A stretch of DNA of 45,385 bases. Source: a virus. The notes beneath the pieces were generated by a model, which worked only from the letters and a program-made list of their open reading frames with translations, was not told where the DNA came from and ran no database searches. Where the stretch lies: the UHGV virus genome UHGV-1373008. The stretch is one strand, 5' to 3'. Every line of letters begins with the position of its first letter. Within the stretch, counting starts at the first letter, position 1. A program made the position numbers and the translations under genes. Of the stretch, positions 9,380 to 18,116 are shown in pieces.

Positions 9380-9610
9380 TGGTTTAGGCTAACAATCTAA
9401 CCTAAAATCATCTTAAAGTAAATGTGACCTTTAGAGCATTTCTTATGAAAAAAAACAGCATAATGAAGAATCCTTTAATCATGCGGCTTGCGTGGATTTT
9501 TTTGTGTGGTATCATTTTCTACGTAAGCAGCAATAACCATCCATGAAAGAAGAGAAGACTTTCAAAACGACTTTCGAAACAATCATTAATTGTTGATTTT
9601 TAAGAATAAA

Positions 9611-9714
9611 AAATCCGAAAGCCTAAAAACCGAAAGATTCTCGATCAAAATCCAAAAAAAATCATCTAACTTTAGAAAATAAATCCCACCCAGTTTTTAG
9701 GATTTTCGGGATTT
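9611..9714. repeat. Cluster of five AAATCC/GGATTT hexamer repeats (three direct, two inverted) plus duplicated CCGAAAG
   Basis: Read directly from the sequence. Confidence 0.6.
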
Positions 9715-9924
9715 AGGCCTACAACCCGCATCAATCCTCGCTTTCTATCGTCGTGACGCAAAAAACGTTCGGGACTATAGAGACCCCTATAAGACCTTTT
9801 TTTCTCCTTCAATACTTACTAATTATTTATATATAAACAATAGACTTTAAAACCTCTTAGAGAGATAGTAACTCACGTTACAAAAATATTAGCTTGCTAT
9901 TGTTTATTTATTTTCATCATCATA

Positions 9925-9953
9925 TTGACGTAGATTGAGCGCCATCGTATAGT
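9925..9953 (+). promoter_or_regulatory. Promoter TTGACGTAGATTGAG-N8-TATAGT (a consensus that recurs across this phage) driving the rightward small-gene array
   Basis: -35 at 9925-9930, 17-bp spacer, -10 at 9948-9953. RBS AAGAGGTG before the ATG at 9985. Confidence 0.6.
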
Positions 9954-9984
9954 TACCACACCAACAACAAAGAGGTGATGAAGA

Positions 9985-10206
9985 ATGAAAAAAGGACAAA
10001 TTGTTACAGCAACAGAAGTAAAACTTGGCTCAGGCGGCTATCTGACAGAGGGTAAGTCTTATGAGATTGTTTCTGCTATTGGTGATGAATGCCAGTACGG
10101 AAAAATAAAAACAGAATTTGGATTCGAAATCGTAAATGATATGGGTACGAAAAGCTTCTGCCTGTACCCAGAATGCCTTCACGCTAAATGGAGTATTTCA
10201 GAATGA
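9985..10206 (+). CDS. Hypothetical protein (73 aa)
   Basis: ORF track; RBS. Confidence 0.5.
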   Translation: MKKGQIVTATEVKLGSGGYLTEGKSYEIVSAIGDECQYGKIKTEFGFEIVNDMGTKSFCLYPECLHAKWSISE

Positions 10207-10388
10207 CCAAAGCAATCTACACGCGCACTCAACTGGAACCAGAAATGGGCGCAGTGAAAGCGCAAAACTTTATGATGGCGCAGGCGATGCATTCATACAG
10301 CAACGGTAAGCGCGTCTGTCGCGTTTTTAGTGGCGAAGGCAAGCATAGAGTGCTTGAGCAGGTTATCGTGTCATCTGGTGGAAACTAA
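10203..10388 (+). CDS. Hypothetical protein (61 aa), ATGA-coupled
   Basis: Internal ATG overlapping the upstream stop. Confidence 0.4.
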   Translation: MTKAIYTRTQLEPEMGAVKAQNFMMAQAMHSYSNGKRVCRVFSGEGKHRVLEQVIVSSGGN

Positions 10389-10403
10389 ACCGGTTTAGCA
10401 ACG

Positions 10404-10682
10404 ATGAATAAATTACTGGCAGTGGCTTTACTGGTTATCGCTAACGCGGCAAGCGCTGAAACGATATGGGTCACGAAGTACGCGCTGACCCGTGGCATTC
10501 AGAAGTACGAAAGCGCACAGCTATTCGCAGATGGTCAGGTGGCTGTGGTTGGCGATGTTTACTTTAAACGTGGTGAATACTGGCTTGATGAGCAACAGGC
10601 AAAAGAGCATGCAGAGACTTTGCGGCAACGCCGTGTATCTGCGCTGATGCGTGAGCTTGAGCGTTTACAGGCGGTTAAGTGA
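10404..10682 (+). CDS. Secreted hypothetical protein with Sec signal peptide (MNKLLAVALLVIANAASA)
   Basis: N-terminal signal peptide with an AxA cleavage site. Confidence 0.55.
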   Translation: MNKLLAVALLVIANAASAETIWVTKYALTRGIQKYESAQLFADGQVAVVGDVYFKRGEYWLDEQQAKEHAETLRQRRVSALMRELERLQAVK

Positions 10683-10688
10683 GGATTT

Positions 10689-11138
10689 ATGGATATCGAA
10701 ATTAAAGAAGTTCAGGAAATTATTAAAAACCTTGAGAGTAGTGGCGAGCTATCAATCAAAGAGGAAAAATACCTCAAGGTGGCAAAGCTGTGCATGCAGG
10801 TGGTTGCGGAAAATGTGGGGATAAAGGGGGCAATCCATCAACTAAAAAATATTGATTATCAAAATGAAAGCATGAATGACGTGACATTGGCAGAAGAGAT
10901 TGGGTTCAATGCAGCTGTGATGGCCATGTATCGCTGGGTTCCTAAAACCCCCGGCTACGATGCGATCGGTGGCGGGGTTAAGGCTGATGGAGTGGATGAG
11001 TTTTCGAAAACTCTAGAGGGGGCCGCTGACATTTGTGGTAAGTCAAAAGCATGGGGGGCGCAAGAAAATTTACTTGATTTTGCTGAGCGTGGATTCGACT
11101 TCGCCAAGCAGCTGCGCGAGGGGGCTAATCATGACTGA
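10689..11138 (+). CDS. Hypothetical protein (149 aa)
   Basis: ORF track. Confidence 0.5.
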   Translation: MDIEIKEVQEIIKNLESSGELSIKEEKYLKVAKLCMQVVAENVGIKGAIHQLKNIDYQNESMNDVTLAEEIGFNAAVMAMYRWVPKTPGYDAIGGGVKADGVDEFSKTLEGAADICGKSKAWGAQENLLDFAERGFDFAKQLREGANHD

Positions 11139-11550
11139 TATCACCGAACTGGCGCAGAGCATGAAAGCGGCGGCAGAGAATGCCGGAATAGAGCAATGGG
11201 TTAACAATCGCGGAGAGGTAAACACAGCCGATTATGGGGTGGATGGTGGCATGTATATCGACCACATTTGCGACTGTGAAATCGTCGGAACAGAAAGCCC
11301 GTGTGCAGAGTTCATTGCCCTGGCTAACCCTGCCAACGTTCTTGCGCTGGTAGAGGCGCTGGAGAAGGCGCAGCGGAGCATCGCCGAGCTGGAGTCACGC
11401 TTAAACTCTGCTGACAAATTGCAGGACAGTGCATTCCGTAGTGGATTGCAACACGGCTTTAGTCTCGGACAGACAGATGACCAAAAAGGTTATGAGCAGA
11501 GCATGGCCGCTTATAGCTCCCACACTGGCATCAAGGTGGAGGCTGAGTAG
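11131..11550 (+). CDS. Ead/Ea22-like early protein (putative)
   Basis: ATGA-coupled internal start. Coiled-coil segment LALVEALEKAQRSIAELESRL is typical of the Ea22-like family of enterobacterial phages. Confidence 0.45.
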   Translation: MTDITELAQSMKAAAENAGIEQWVNNRGEVNTADYGVDGGMYIDHICDCEIVGTESPCAEFIALANPANVLALVEALEKAQRSIAELESRLNSADKLQDSAFRSGLQHGFSLGQTDDQKGYEQSMAAYSSHTGIKVEAE

Positions 11551-11868
11551 ATGAAACCTGCAAATTTTGCCCCTGTGTACTGCGCACTTTATCCGGCACT
11601 GGCAGAGATAGCCCGCAAGCACGGTTACGCAATGGCTATTCACGGAACGATGGCGCGTGACTTTGACCTTATTTGTATCCCGTGGGTCGAGACTCCATCA
11701 AAACCTGAAGAAGTCGTGGCAGAAATCACCGCAACATATGCGACTACAGATATCACTAACCCTGGCTACAAGCCTCACGGTCGCCTGGCCTATTCCGTCT
11801 GCTTTGGGTTCGGTGAGTTCTTTGCTGACATGTCGTTTATGCCTGTTATCGAAGGAGCCAACCAATGA
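11551..11868 (+). CDS. Hypothetical protein (105 aa)
   Basis: ORF track; directly follows the upstream stop. Confidence 0.5.
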   Translation: MKPANFAPVYCALYPALAEIARKHGYAMAIHGTMARDFDLICIPWVETPSKPEEVVAEITATYATTDITNPGYKPHGRLAYSVCFGFGEFFADMSFMPVIEGANQ

Positions 11869-12278
11869 CCAAATCAACCATAACCAGAGCGCGCATGCAG
11901 GAAATGCTAGAGTGGTGTGAGGTCTTCCGCCGCCACCCTCGCCTAGATGACATTGCCGAGGCTATACGCATGGCGCTGGCCGCAATGGACAGCGAGCCGG
12001 TTTTCACTCTTGAAGTTTCGCAAGCAGACTACAAAGGACAGAAACTGGGAAATCACTTTGGGTTTATCACTCTTGATGCGGCGCGTAATTTGAAAGAGGG
12101 AAGTTACCAGCTCTATCGCCACGCGCAGCCAGCGCCGGTAGTGCCGGATGGTTACGTGATGGTTCCGAAGGAGCCTACGGAGGAAATGCTACAGGCTTCC
12201 TATCGTGAAGCGGCTGTGTATAGCCCCACGGCTTATCGAGCGATGATTGCAGCCGCCCCGCAGGAGGGAAAACAATGA
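11865..12278 (+). CDS. Hypothetical protein (137 aa)
   Basis: ATGA overlap. Confidence 0.5.
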   Translation: MTKSTITRARMQEMLEWCEVFRRHPRLDDIAEAIRMALAAMDSEPVFTLEVSQADYKGQKLGNHFGFITLDAARNLKEGSYQLYRHAQPAPVVPDGYVMVPKEPTEEMLQASYREAAVYSPTAYRAMIAAAPQEGKQ

Positions 12279-12367
12279 AACCCTACATCATCCGAAGACT
12301 GATTGCCGCATCACTGCTGGCATTCTGGATTGCTGCTGCACTGGCCGCCTACTTTATCTTGAGGTGA
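12275..12367 (+). CDS. Small hydrophobic peptide (30 aa, one predicted transmembrane segment)
   Basis: ATGA-coupled. Sequence MKPYIIRRLIAASLLAFWIAAALAAYFILR. Falls below the ORF-track size cutoff. Confidence 0.3.
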   Translation: MKPYIIRRLIAASLLAFWIAAALAAYFILR

Positions 12368-12370
12368 TTT

Positions 12371-12529
12371 ATGCTGTGGAGCGACATTCAGGCTGCATGC
12401 GAAGAGGCCGACTTTCTTTATGAGGATACTGGTAAGCATCATGACGTCATTCAGGTTGGCAGCATGATGATGGTGGTTGAGCATAACAGCATGCTTCGGC
12501 ATATGTACTCAACTACGAGGTATCAGTAA
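12371..12529 (+). CDS. Small hypothetical protein (52 aa)
   Basis: Open frame between coupled genes; TAATG overlap with the next gene. Confidence 0.3.
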   Translation: MLWSDIQAACEEADFLYEDTGKHHDVIQVGSMMMVVEHNSMLRHMYSTTRYQ

Positions 12530-12723
12530 TGCCGCAGAAATCAAAGCAGGAGGTATGGCAGAGCGCTCAGCTCGAAGGTGTTAACCATTTCATAGCAGCA
12601 ATCGCAAAAGCCTTTCCTGATGCTATTGAGGTAGTTCACGTTCAAAGCAATAACTGTAATGTTTGGTGTTATGCGAAAACTGATGTACAATCATCTCATC
12701 AATCATCACCCACCACCCTTTAA
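12529..12723 (+). CDS. Hypothetical protein (64 aa)
   Basis: ORF track. Confidence 0.45.
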   Translation: MPQKSKQEVWQSAQLEGVNHFIAAIAKAFPDAIEVVHVQSNNCNVWCYAKTDVQSSHQSSPTTL

Positions 12724-12747
12724 CCCGCTTCGGCGGGTTCTTTTTTT
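12722..12747 (+). terminator. Rho-independent terminator (AACCCGCTTCGGCGGGTT + TTTTTTT)
   Basis: GC stem, GCTTCGGC loop region and a 7-T run. Confidence 0.75.
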
Positions 12748-12804
12748 ATCTACGCCATGTGGTAAGATATGTCCTATGCGAGTTACTCAAAGGACACATA
12801 TAAA

Positions 12805-13248
12805 ATGGCAAATCCGAACCCTAAGCACAAATTTTCATCAAGCAATCAGCCGCCACCAAGAGGAAAAAGCTACAGAACTGTGCTTCTTGAAGCATTGCGT
12901 GCTGCAAATACTCCGATGAATGAGATTGAATTCGTCACGTACTACATCAATAAGGCGATGGCATGCGAAGACGCTCAGGCTACTGGCATGCTGCGTGAGA
13001 TATTCCTGCGACTTAACCCAATTCCAAAGCCTGTAGCGCCCCCTGTTGAGTTTGATTTTCCTGCTGACGGCACACCTGTGCAGAAGATGGATGCGATTAT
13101 CAAGGGTGTCTCTACTGGCGTTGTTCCGGCCGACATTGGCAAGATGATGGCGGACATTCTGAAGGCAGGGCTTGATATCGAAGAGGTAACAGAGCTTGCG
13201 GCGCGCCTTGAGCGACTGGAGAAGTTACTGGAGCAGCAGAATGGATGA
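12805..13248 (+). CDS. Putative terminase small subunit
   Basis: Position immediately upstream of the large terminase. RBS AAGGA before the internal ATG. Size about 147 aa. Confidence 0.45.
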   Translation: MANPNPKHKFSSSNQPPPRGKSYRTVLLEALRAANTPMNEIEFVTYYINKAMACEDAQATGMLREIFLRLNPIPKPVAPPVEFDFPADGTPVQKMDAIIKGVSTGVVPADIGKMMADILKAGLDIEEVTELAARLERLEKLLEQQNG

Positions 13249-13387
13249 TGAGGAAAATAATTACAAATCAAAATGTGATGAGATACTGTTACCGCGCAAC
13301 AGCAGTAATCGCGGCGTTACTTTTGATAAAGCAATGACGGATGAAGAAGTGATGGACATTTTGCAGGGGCTAATCAATGGCTCGTAA
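13241..13387 (+). CDS. Small hypothetical protein (48 aa) overlapping the TerS end and TerL start
   Basis: ATGGATGA overlap. Confidence 0.25.
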   Translation: MDDEENNYKSKCDEILLPRNSSNRGVTFDKAMTDEEVMDILQGLINGS

Positions 13388-14801
13388 ACGCCTGTCAGCA
13401 CTGGCAATAGAAAAGCTGGAGGCGCAGGTGGATGATGCGATGACCGATGTGGCAGAGTCGGCCATCTTCGGCATCTGCGATATGCAGAAGAACGTCATCA
13501 AGCGCCTCAGAATGACCGCTACGGGCGTGGAGGATGTCACCAGTGAAACAACGCAAGAAGACCACTTAATCCCCGCAAAACTCGAAAGGCTGCTTTATCC
13601 GAAGCGTAATAAGGTTGTCTTTGGTGGTCGAGCATCAACAAAGACCCGTACCGTGGCAACCATACTCACTGAGTCCGCGAGATTCAGGCCTGAGCGTATT
13701 GGCTGTTTCCGCGAAATTCAGCAGTCTATCGAGGATTCCAGCTATCAGGAGCTGGTAGATGAAATCGACCGCAAAGGCGAATCATCGGAATATCGCTGCA
13801 TCGACGGCAAGATAACCCACAAGCGAACCAAATCAAAATTCAGATTCCGTGGCCTCTATCGCAACATCACCGGCGTCAAGGGTTTTGCCGGGATATCGAA
13901 AGCATGGGTGGAGGAAGCTGAAAACGTCAGTCAGGCGTCATGGGACATCCTTGAGCCAACCATCCGAGCAGAAGGTTCTGAGATATGGGTGACGTTCAAC
14001 CCCAACAAAGAAACCGATGCCACTTGGACTCAGTGGGTGGCGCCCTATTACGACAAGATGGTTGATGGCATCTACGAGGATGATGACACATTAATCATTG
14101 AGTGTAATTACCGAGACAACCCGTGGTTCTATGACACCCCGCTCCCAGCATCCATGGAGAAAATGAAGGCGGTAGATTTCGACCGATATCTCTGGATTTG
14201 GGAAGGAAAATTTAATAAACGAAGCGATGAGCAGGTATTCGGCGGCAAATGGCGCACCGCATCGTTTGAGATTAATCCTGAATGGCATGGCCCGTATCAC
14301 GGCATGGACTTCGGTTTCTCTGGCGACCCTGCTGCGATGGTTGAGGTATGGGTGGAAAACCTGCCCGGCGACCGGAGGAACATTTATATTAATCGTGAGT
14401 ATGGCAAGGTTCATCTTGAGATTACCGACCACCCGGCAGCAATGGACCAGGCATTTCCGATGGCGCGCAAGGCTCGATGGTATGCTGACTCCTCAAGGCC
14501 GGAAACCATCAGTCACATCAAGCGCGCTGGCTTTGACATTCATCCCTGCAACAAATGGCCCGGCAGCGTTGAGGATGGCGTGACATGGCTCAGGGGTTGC
14601 GACAACATCATCATTCACGACCGCTGCACTGAAATGAAAAACGAGGCTGCGATGTACAGCCATAAGGTCGACAAGAATACAGGTCTTGTGCTTACTGAAA
14701 TCGTTGATAAATACAACCACTATTGGGATGCCGTGCGCTATGCGCTGAATGACTATATTGTGCAGCGTGGCTCTGGTTGGATTAGGAGGAGCAGGAGATA
14801 A
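13377..14801 (+). CDS. terL: Terminase large subunit
   Basis: ATPase motif GGRASTKT and C-terminal nuclease region; 474 aa. Confidence 0.8.
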   Translation: MARKRLSALAIEKLEAQVDDAMTDVAESAIFGICDMQKNVIKRLRMTATGVEDVTSETTQEDHLIPAKLERLLYPKRNKVVFGGRASTKTRTVATILTESARFRPERIGCFREIQQSIEDSSYQELVDEIDRKGESSEYRCIDGKITHKRTKSKFRFRGLYRNITGVKGFAGISKAWVEEAENVSQASWDILEPTIRAEGSEIWVTFNPNKETDATWTQWVAPYYDKMVDGIYEDDDTLIIECNYRDNPWFYDTPLPASMEKMKAVDFDRYLWIWEGKFNKRSDEQVFGGKWRTASFEINPEWHGPYHGMDFGFSGDPAAMVEVWVENLPGDRRNIYINREYGKVHLEITDHPAAMDQAFPMARKARWYADSSRPETISHIKRAGFDIHPCNKWPGSVEDGVTWLRGCDNIIIHDRCTEMKNEAAMYSHKVDKNTGLVLTEIVDKYNHYWDAVRYALNDYIVQRGSGWIRRSRR

Positions 14802-14803
14802 GA

Positions 14804-14830
14804 TGAAGCCCCGTTGTCGGGGCGGTTTAG
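14804..14830. terminator. Bidirectional terminator-like hairpin (GCCCCG-TTGT-CGGGGC)
   Basis: Stem-loop between convergent genes; short T-tract. Confidence 0.45.
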
Positions 14831-15154
14831 TTATGCGTTGATGATAAAATTAAACGCGCCAGTTTTTCCTGTTTTCTCAACGTATTCAGCGTATTTCTGG
14901 TTGATTCCACCTTTAAAACTGTCAGCCATCGGCGTAAGGATTTCATACATTGCCGCAGCAAAGGTGGAGCGCTTATCTTCGTCAAATGCCAGGTATTCAT
15001 TAGTCATCTGCTGCTGCTTCTGGAAGAAAGTCATGATTTCCTCATGGATAACTACCATCACTTCCGCGTCAGTCATTTCAGCAGTAACACGCGCCTTAAC
15101 ACCCTCAACGATGAACGGCGCTACTTTTTTGAACTGGTTCAGGATGTTTTCCAT
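14831..15154 (-). CDS. Hypothetical protein (107 aa), part of a minus-strand moron
   Basis: ORF track; own upstream promoter region (15155-15243). Confidence 0.5.
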   Translation of the reverse strand: MENILNQFKKVAPFIVEGVKARVTAEMTDAEVMVVIHEEIMTFFQKQQQMTNEYLAFDEDKRSTFAAAMYEILTPMADSFKGGINQKYAEYVEKTGKTGAFNFIINA

Positions 15155-15243
15155 TTTGATTTACTCGCTTATCTTCGGCATCGCGCCGCCTCAATGATTA
15201 CAATCTACATCAACCACGAATCAACGGCAACATTTATAATAGA

Positions 15244-15534
15244 TTATTTATAAAGCCAGCAATGAATCCCCGCATTGCGCATTGCGGCATAAATCACGTC
15301 ATCAGACACGACCGCCATTGCCACCCTGTCAGCGTCAATCTGCTGGTGCGAGGCCATAATGTCATCATAGAAGACGTCGTTAGCATGCAGCCACTCATAC
15401 GCATGCTTCGCCTTCATGATAAGCACATCATGCCCGGCAGAGTAGAGCGACTTAGCCAGCGCAACGTTGCCAGCAATAGCATTGCCCTCCGCATCACGCA
15501 GCACACCATCAAGCTCGAAAATGACACATTTCAT
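15244..15534 (-). CDS. Hypothetical protein (96 aa; N-terminal FELDGVL resembles HAD motif I)
   Basis: RBS GGAGA. Promoter TTGACG-N17-TAGATT upstream. Confidence 0.5.
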   Translation of the reverse strand: MKCVIFELDGVLRDAEGNAIAGNVALAKSLYSAGHDVLIMKAKHAYEWLHANDVFYDDIMASHQQIDADRVAMAVVSDDVIYAAMRNAGIHCWLYK

Positions 15535-15560
15535 AAGATTTCTCCGAGAGGTTTCATTTT

Positions 15561-15589
15561 AATCTACGCCATGCTAGAATCTACGTCAA
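15561..15589 (-). promoter_or_regulatory. Promoter TTGACGTAGATT-N11-TAGATT (minus strand) with two copies of the AATCTACG(C/T)CA motif
   Basis: -35 is the reverse complement of 15584-15589; -10 is the reverse complement of 15561-15566; 17-bp spacer. Confidence 0.55.
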
Positions 15590-15623
15590 GGCGCATTGAC
15601 ATAACTACATCACCGGGGGCATC

Positions 15624-15863
15624 ATGAAGGCATACTCATCTTTTTCGTGGGAGCAGAAGGAAAAAATATACTCACTCGCAAGAGCTGGTGTGTCTGATGA
15701 TGCTCTGTGCGAAAGGTATGATGTGGATGAGGCCATCCTGCTGCGCATGTATGATGAAGTGCTGTGTGAGTTGCAGCGGAGACGTGGATACAGTGGGCTG
15801 AAGACGATTAATGATTTCTTTCGGAATGTTGAGATAAATAACGATGAGGGTGGTGATTTATGA
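15624..15863 (+). CDS. Hypothetical protein (79 aa)
   Basis: ORF track. Confidence 0.5.
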   Translation: MKAYSSFSWEQKEKIYSLARAGVSDDALCERYDVDEAILLRMYDEVLCELQRRRGYSGLKTINDFFRNVEINNDEGGDL

Positions 15864-16027
15864 TTATTGAAGGAAGGATTTTTACCGACTTGTCTGCCAG
15901 AGAGGTAACAAGTCAAGTGTCAATGAACATCAATCAAGATGGCGACGCAATAGTCATCGACAAACACCAGGCCGCGCAGCTTATCGAAGTCCTGCAACGC
16001 TGGGTTAATGGCGAGGAGATTGAGTGA
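15860..16027 (+). CDS. Small hypothetical protein (55 aa), ATGA-coupled
   Basis: Open frame below the track cutoff. Confidence 0.3.
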   Translation: MIIEGRIFTDLSAREVTSQVSMNINQDGDAIVIDKHQAAQLIEVLQRWVNGEEIE

Positions 16028-16245
16028 TGAAAGCTGTCAAAACAATCCTGTTCTGCATCATCAATCCGCACCTGATTGTGATGCTGGTATTCGCTGCCAT
16101 GCTTCTTGGAGCAAGGAAGTCACTTTATTATCTTTCCGACAAGCTGAATGATGCTGCACGTTACATTCAGAGTGTTGACTATAAACTCGCTGCGAAGTCG
16201 CAGCCAGCATGGTTCAGATCGCTGGTTGATGATGAGGCGAAGTGA
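16024..16245 (+). CDS. Membrane protein (N-terminal transmembrane segment, 73 aa)
   Basis: ORF track; hydrophobic N-terminus. Confidence 0.45.
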   Translation: MMKAVKTILFCIINPHLIVMLVFAAMLLGARKSLYYLSDKLNDAARYIQSVDYKLAAKSQPAWFRSLVDDEAK

Positions 16246-16427
16246 TGTCGTATTTCTTCCTGATATTCGTAATCACAAGCAACACGTCCAATATGCAGGT
16301 GGTGCCGATGCAAAGCATGGAGCAGTGCAGGGCGGCCATTACGGCAATGAAAATCGCTGAGGAAAAGCGGACGTGGAATGATGTAAGTCCAAATGTTGAC
16401 AATTTGCAATGCGTTGAGGTGAAGTGA
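16242..16427 (+). CDS. Hypothetical protein (61 aa)
   Basis: ORF track; coupled. Confidence 0.4.
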   Translation: MMSYFFLIFVITSNTSNMQVVPMQSMEQCRAAITAMKIAEEKRTWNDVSPNVDNLQCVEVK

Positions 16428-16624
16428 TGACAAGAAAACAGATTCATGATGTTGCGGTTGGTTGCAGGAAGTGGATTGAGGAGATATGGTTTAAGCCTGG
16501 ATTCAGTGGAAAGCGCTATAAATTGTACGCCAAATGTCGCGGTTTGGTTCTTGGGGATAGAATAGAGCTTGCTATATTCCATAACAATGACCAGGCCCTT
16601 CAAGAGAGAGCCTTTGGTGACTGA
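16424..16624 (+). CDS. Hypothetical protein (66 aa)
   Basis: ORF track; coupled. Confidence 0.4.
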   Translation: MMTRKQIHDVAVGCRKWIEEIWFKPGFSGKRYKLYAKCRGLVLGDRIELAIFHNNDQALQERAFGD

Positions 16625-16635
16625 TACCATGCTAT

Positions 16636-16665
16636 AATCCCATCCATGCGATGGGATTTTTTATG
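16636..16665 (+). terminator. Rho-independent terminator (AATCCCATC-CATGC-GATGGGATT + TTTTTAT)
   Basis: 9-bp stem plus T-tract. Confidence 0.7.
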
Positions 16666-16673
16666 GTGACGAA

Positions 16674-18116
16674 ATGTCAAAGTTAGAGGCGGTAAACGCC
16701 TATATTCAGCAGCGAGTGGCGAACAATAACAGGCTCATCGAGCGGCAGCGTCGGGAGTTTAGCGGTGTAAACATAGACCAAAAGCACACCAGACTGTATG
16801 TCGAATGTGGCTACCCTGAAGAAATCACCGCCGAAATGTTCCGCTATGCCTATGAGCGCTATGCGCCGGCAGCCGCTGGCGTTAATCGCGTACTCGATAA
16901 GTGCTGGCAGACTCCGCCGCAAATCCTCGAAGAAGGCGCCGATGATAAAGCAAGCACTCCGTGGGAGAAAGCCGCCAATAAGCTGTTTAAGCGCGCTGCG
17001 CCGTTCATTAAGGATGCAGACCGCCGCAACCTCATTAACCGCTACTCGGGCCTAATCCTGCAAATCCGCGACGGAAAGCAGTGGAATGAGCCGGTGGACA
17101 CCACGAAAACAAAACGCATCAAGGATGCTGCCATTGTCCGCTACATTCCGGCGTGGGAAGAGCAGCTCCGCGTCAGTGAATGGGAAAATGACGAAGCCAG
17201 CGAAGACTATGGTCAGCCGAAGATGTACGAATATCAGGAGTCGGTAGTCGGCGCCTGCAACAGCGACGGTAAGCCAACGCGCTCCCTGAGTATTCACCCT
17301 GACCGCATCATCGCGTTCGCTGAGGGCGCAATGGATGGCTCCATTTACTCTGGCGTTCCGCTTCTGCGTGCCGGGTATAACCACCTCATCGACATGGCTA
17401 AAGTCACCGGCTCAAGCGCCGAGGGCTTCCTGAAGAATGCAAGCCGACAGCTCAACGTTAATTATAATAAAGACAACGTTTCCGCTCAGTCTCTGGCGCA
17501 GCAAATGGGCGTGCCGCTGGAAGAACTGGCTGATGTGCTCAATGAGGATGTGGCGCGCCTGAATGAGGCGATTGACGCGGCAATGTTCACGATGGGCGCA
17601 GATGTCAAAGTGCTCTCAGTTACGCCAGCAGACCCAAGCCCAACGTGGACTATTGCAGCCAACCAGTTTGCGGCATCCATCAAGAAGCCATTCACCATCC
17701 TGTTTGGTCAGCAGACTGGCCGCCTTGCATCCGATGAGGATAAAACCGACGACGCCATGAGCGCCAAGCAGCGCCGCGAGGACTGGCTGGACTACATCAT
17801 CTCGGTATTCATTGACCGGATGATTTCCTTTGGCATTCTGGATAAGGCGCCAGAAAGCGGTTATTACTGCAAATGGGACGACCTGCTTGCACCTTCCGAG
17901 CTGAACAAGGCCGACCTGCTGGTTAAACTTGCCACTGCAAACAAATCCGTATTCGACGCAGGTCAGATGGCCCTGATGACAGCAGATGAGATGCGCGGAA
18001 TTGTCGGTATGGAGCCTCTGGAGGAGCAGCTTCCTGAGGGATTACAGGAAGGTCAACAGCAAGACCAGACAGACGACCAACAGCGGAGCCAGACCGATGC
18101 GCCTCCTAAAAATTAA
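16674..18116 (+). CDS. Portal protein
   Basis: 480 aa. Position after the terminase and before the MuF-like gene. Q/D-rich acidic C-terminus. Confidence 0.6.
   Translation: MSKLEAVNAYIQQRVANNNRLIERQRREFSGVNIDQKHTRLYVECGYPEEITAEMFRYAYERYAPAAAGVNRVLDKCWQTPPQILEEGADDKASTPWEKAANKLFKRAAPFIKDADRRNLINRYSGLILQIRDGKQWNEPVDTTKTKRIKDAAIVRYIPAWEEQLRVSEWENDEASEDYGQPKMYEYQESVVGACNSDGKPTRSLSIHPDRIIAFAEGAMDGSIYSGVPLLRAGYNHLIDMAKVTGSSAEGFLKNASRQLNVNYNKDNVSAQSLAQQMGVPLEELADVLNEDVARLNEAIDAAMFTMGADVKVLSVTPADPSPTWTIAANQFAASIKKPFTILFGQQTGRLASDEDKTDDAMSAKQRREDWLDYIISVFIDRMISFGILDKAPESGYYCKWDDLLAPSELNKADLLVKLATANKSVFDAGQMALMTADEMRGIVGMEPLEEQLPEGLQEGQQQDQTDDQQRSQTDAPPKN

Larger units (their letters stand above)
9380..9984. 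other. 600-bp AT-rich non-coding region containing AAATCC/GGATTT iteron-like repeats and a divergent promoter element at its right end
   Basis: No ORF of 60 aa or more. Repeats at 9611, 9648 and 9681 (direct) and 9700 and 9709 (inverted). Confidence 0.6.

Noticed and set aside
9611-9714. Could the AAATCC repeat cluster be a CRISPR array?
   Set aside because: The repeats are 6-7 nt, irregularly spaced and in mixed orientation. There are no 25-40-nt repeat/spacer units and no cas genes.
11657-11920. Alternative-frame ORFs within the early small-gene array. The others are 11401..11643 (-), 12311..12502 (-), 12659..12919 (+) and 12975..13271 (-).
   Set aside because: They overlap coupled same-strand genes or the TerS gene. 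Low-complexity translations.
16633-16638. TATAAT hexamer inside the terminator upstream of the portal gene, as a possible portal promoter
   Set aside because: There is no acceptable -35 or TG extension, and it overlaps the terminator stem.
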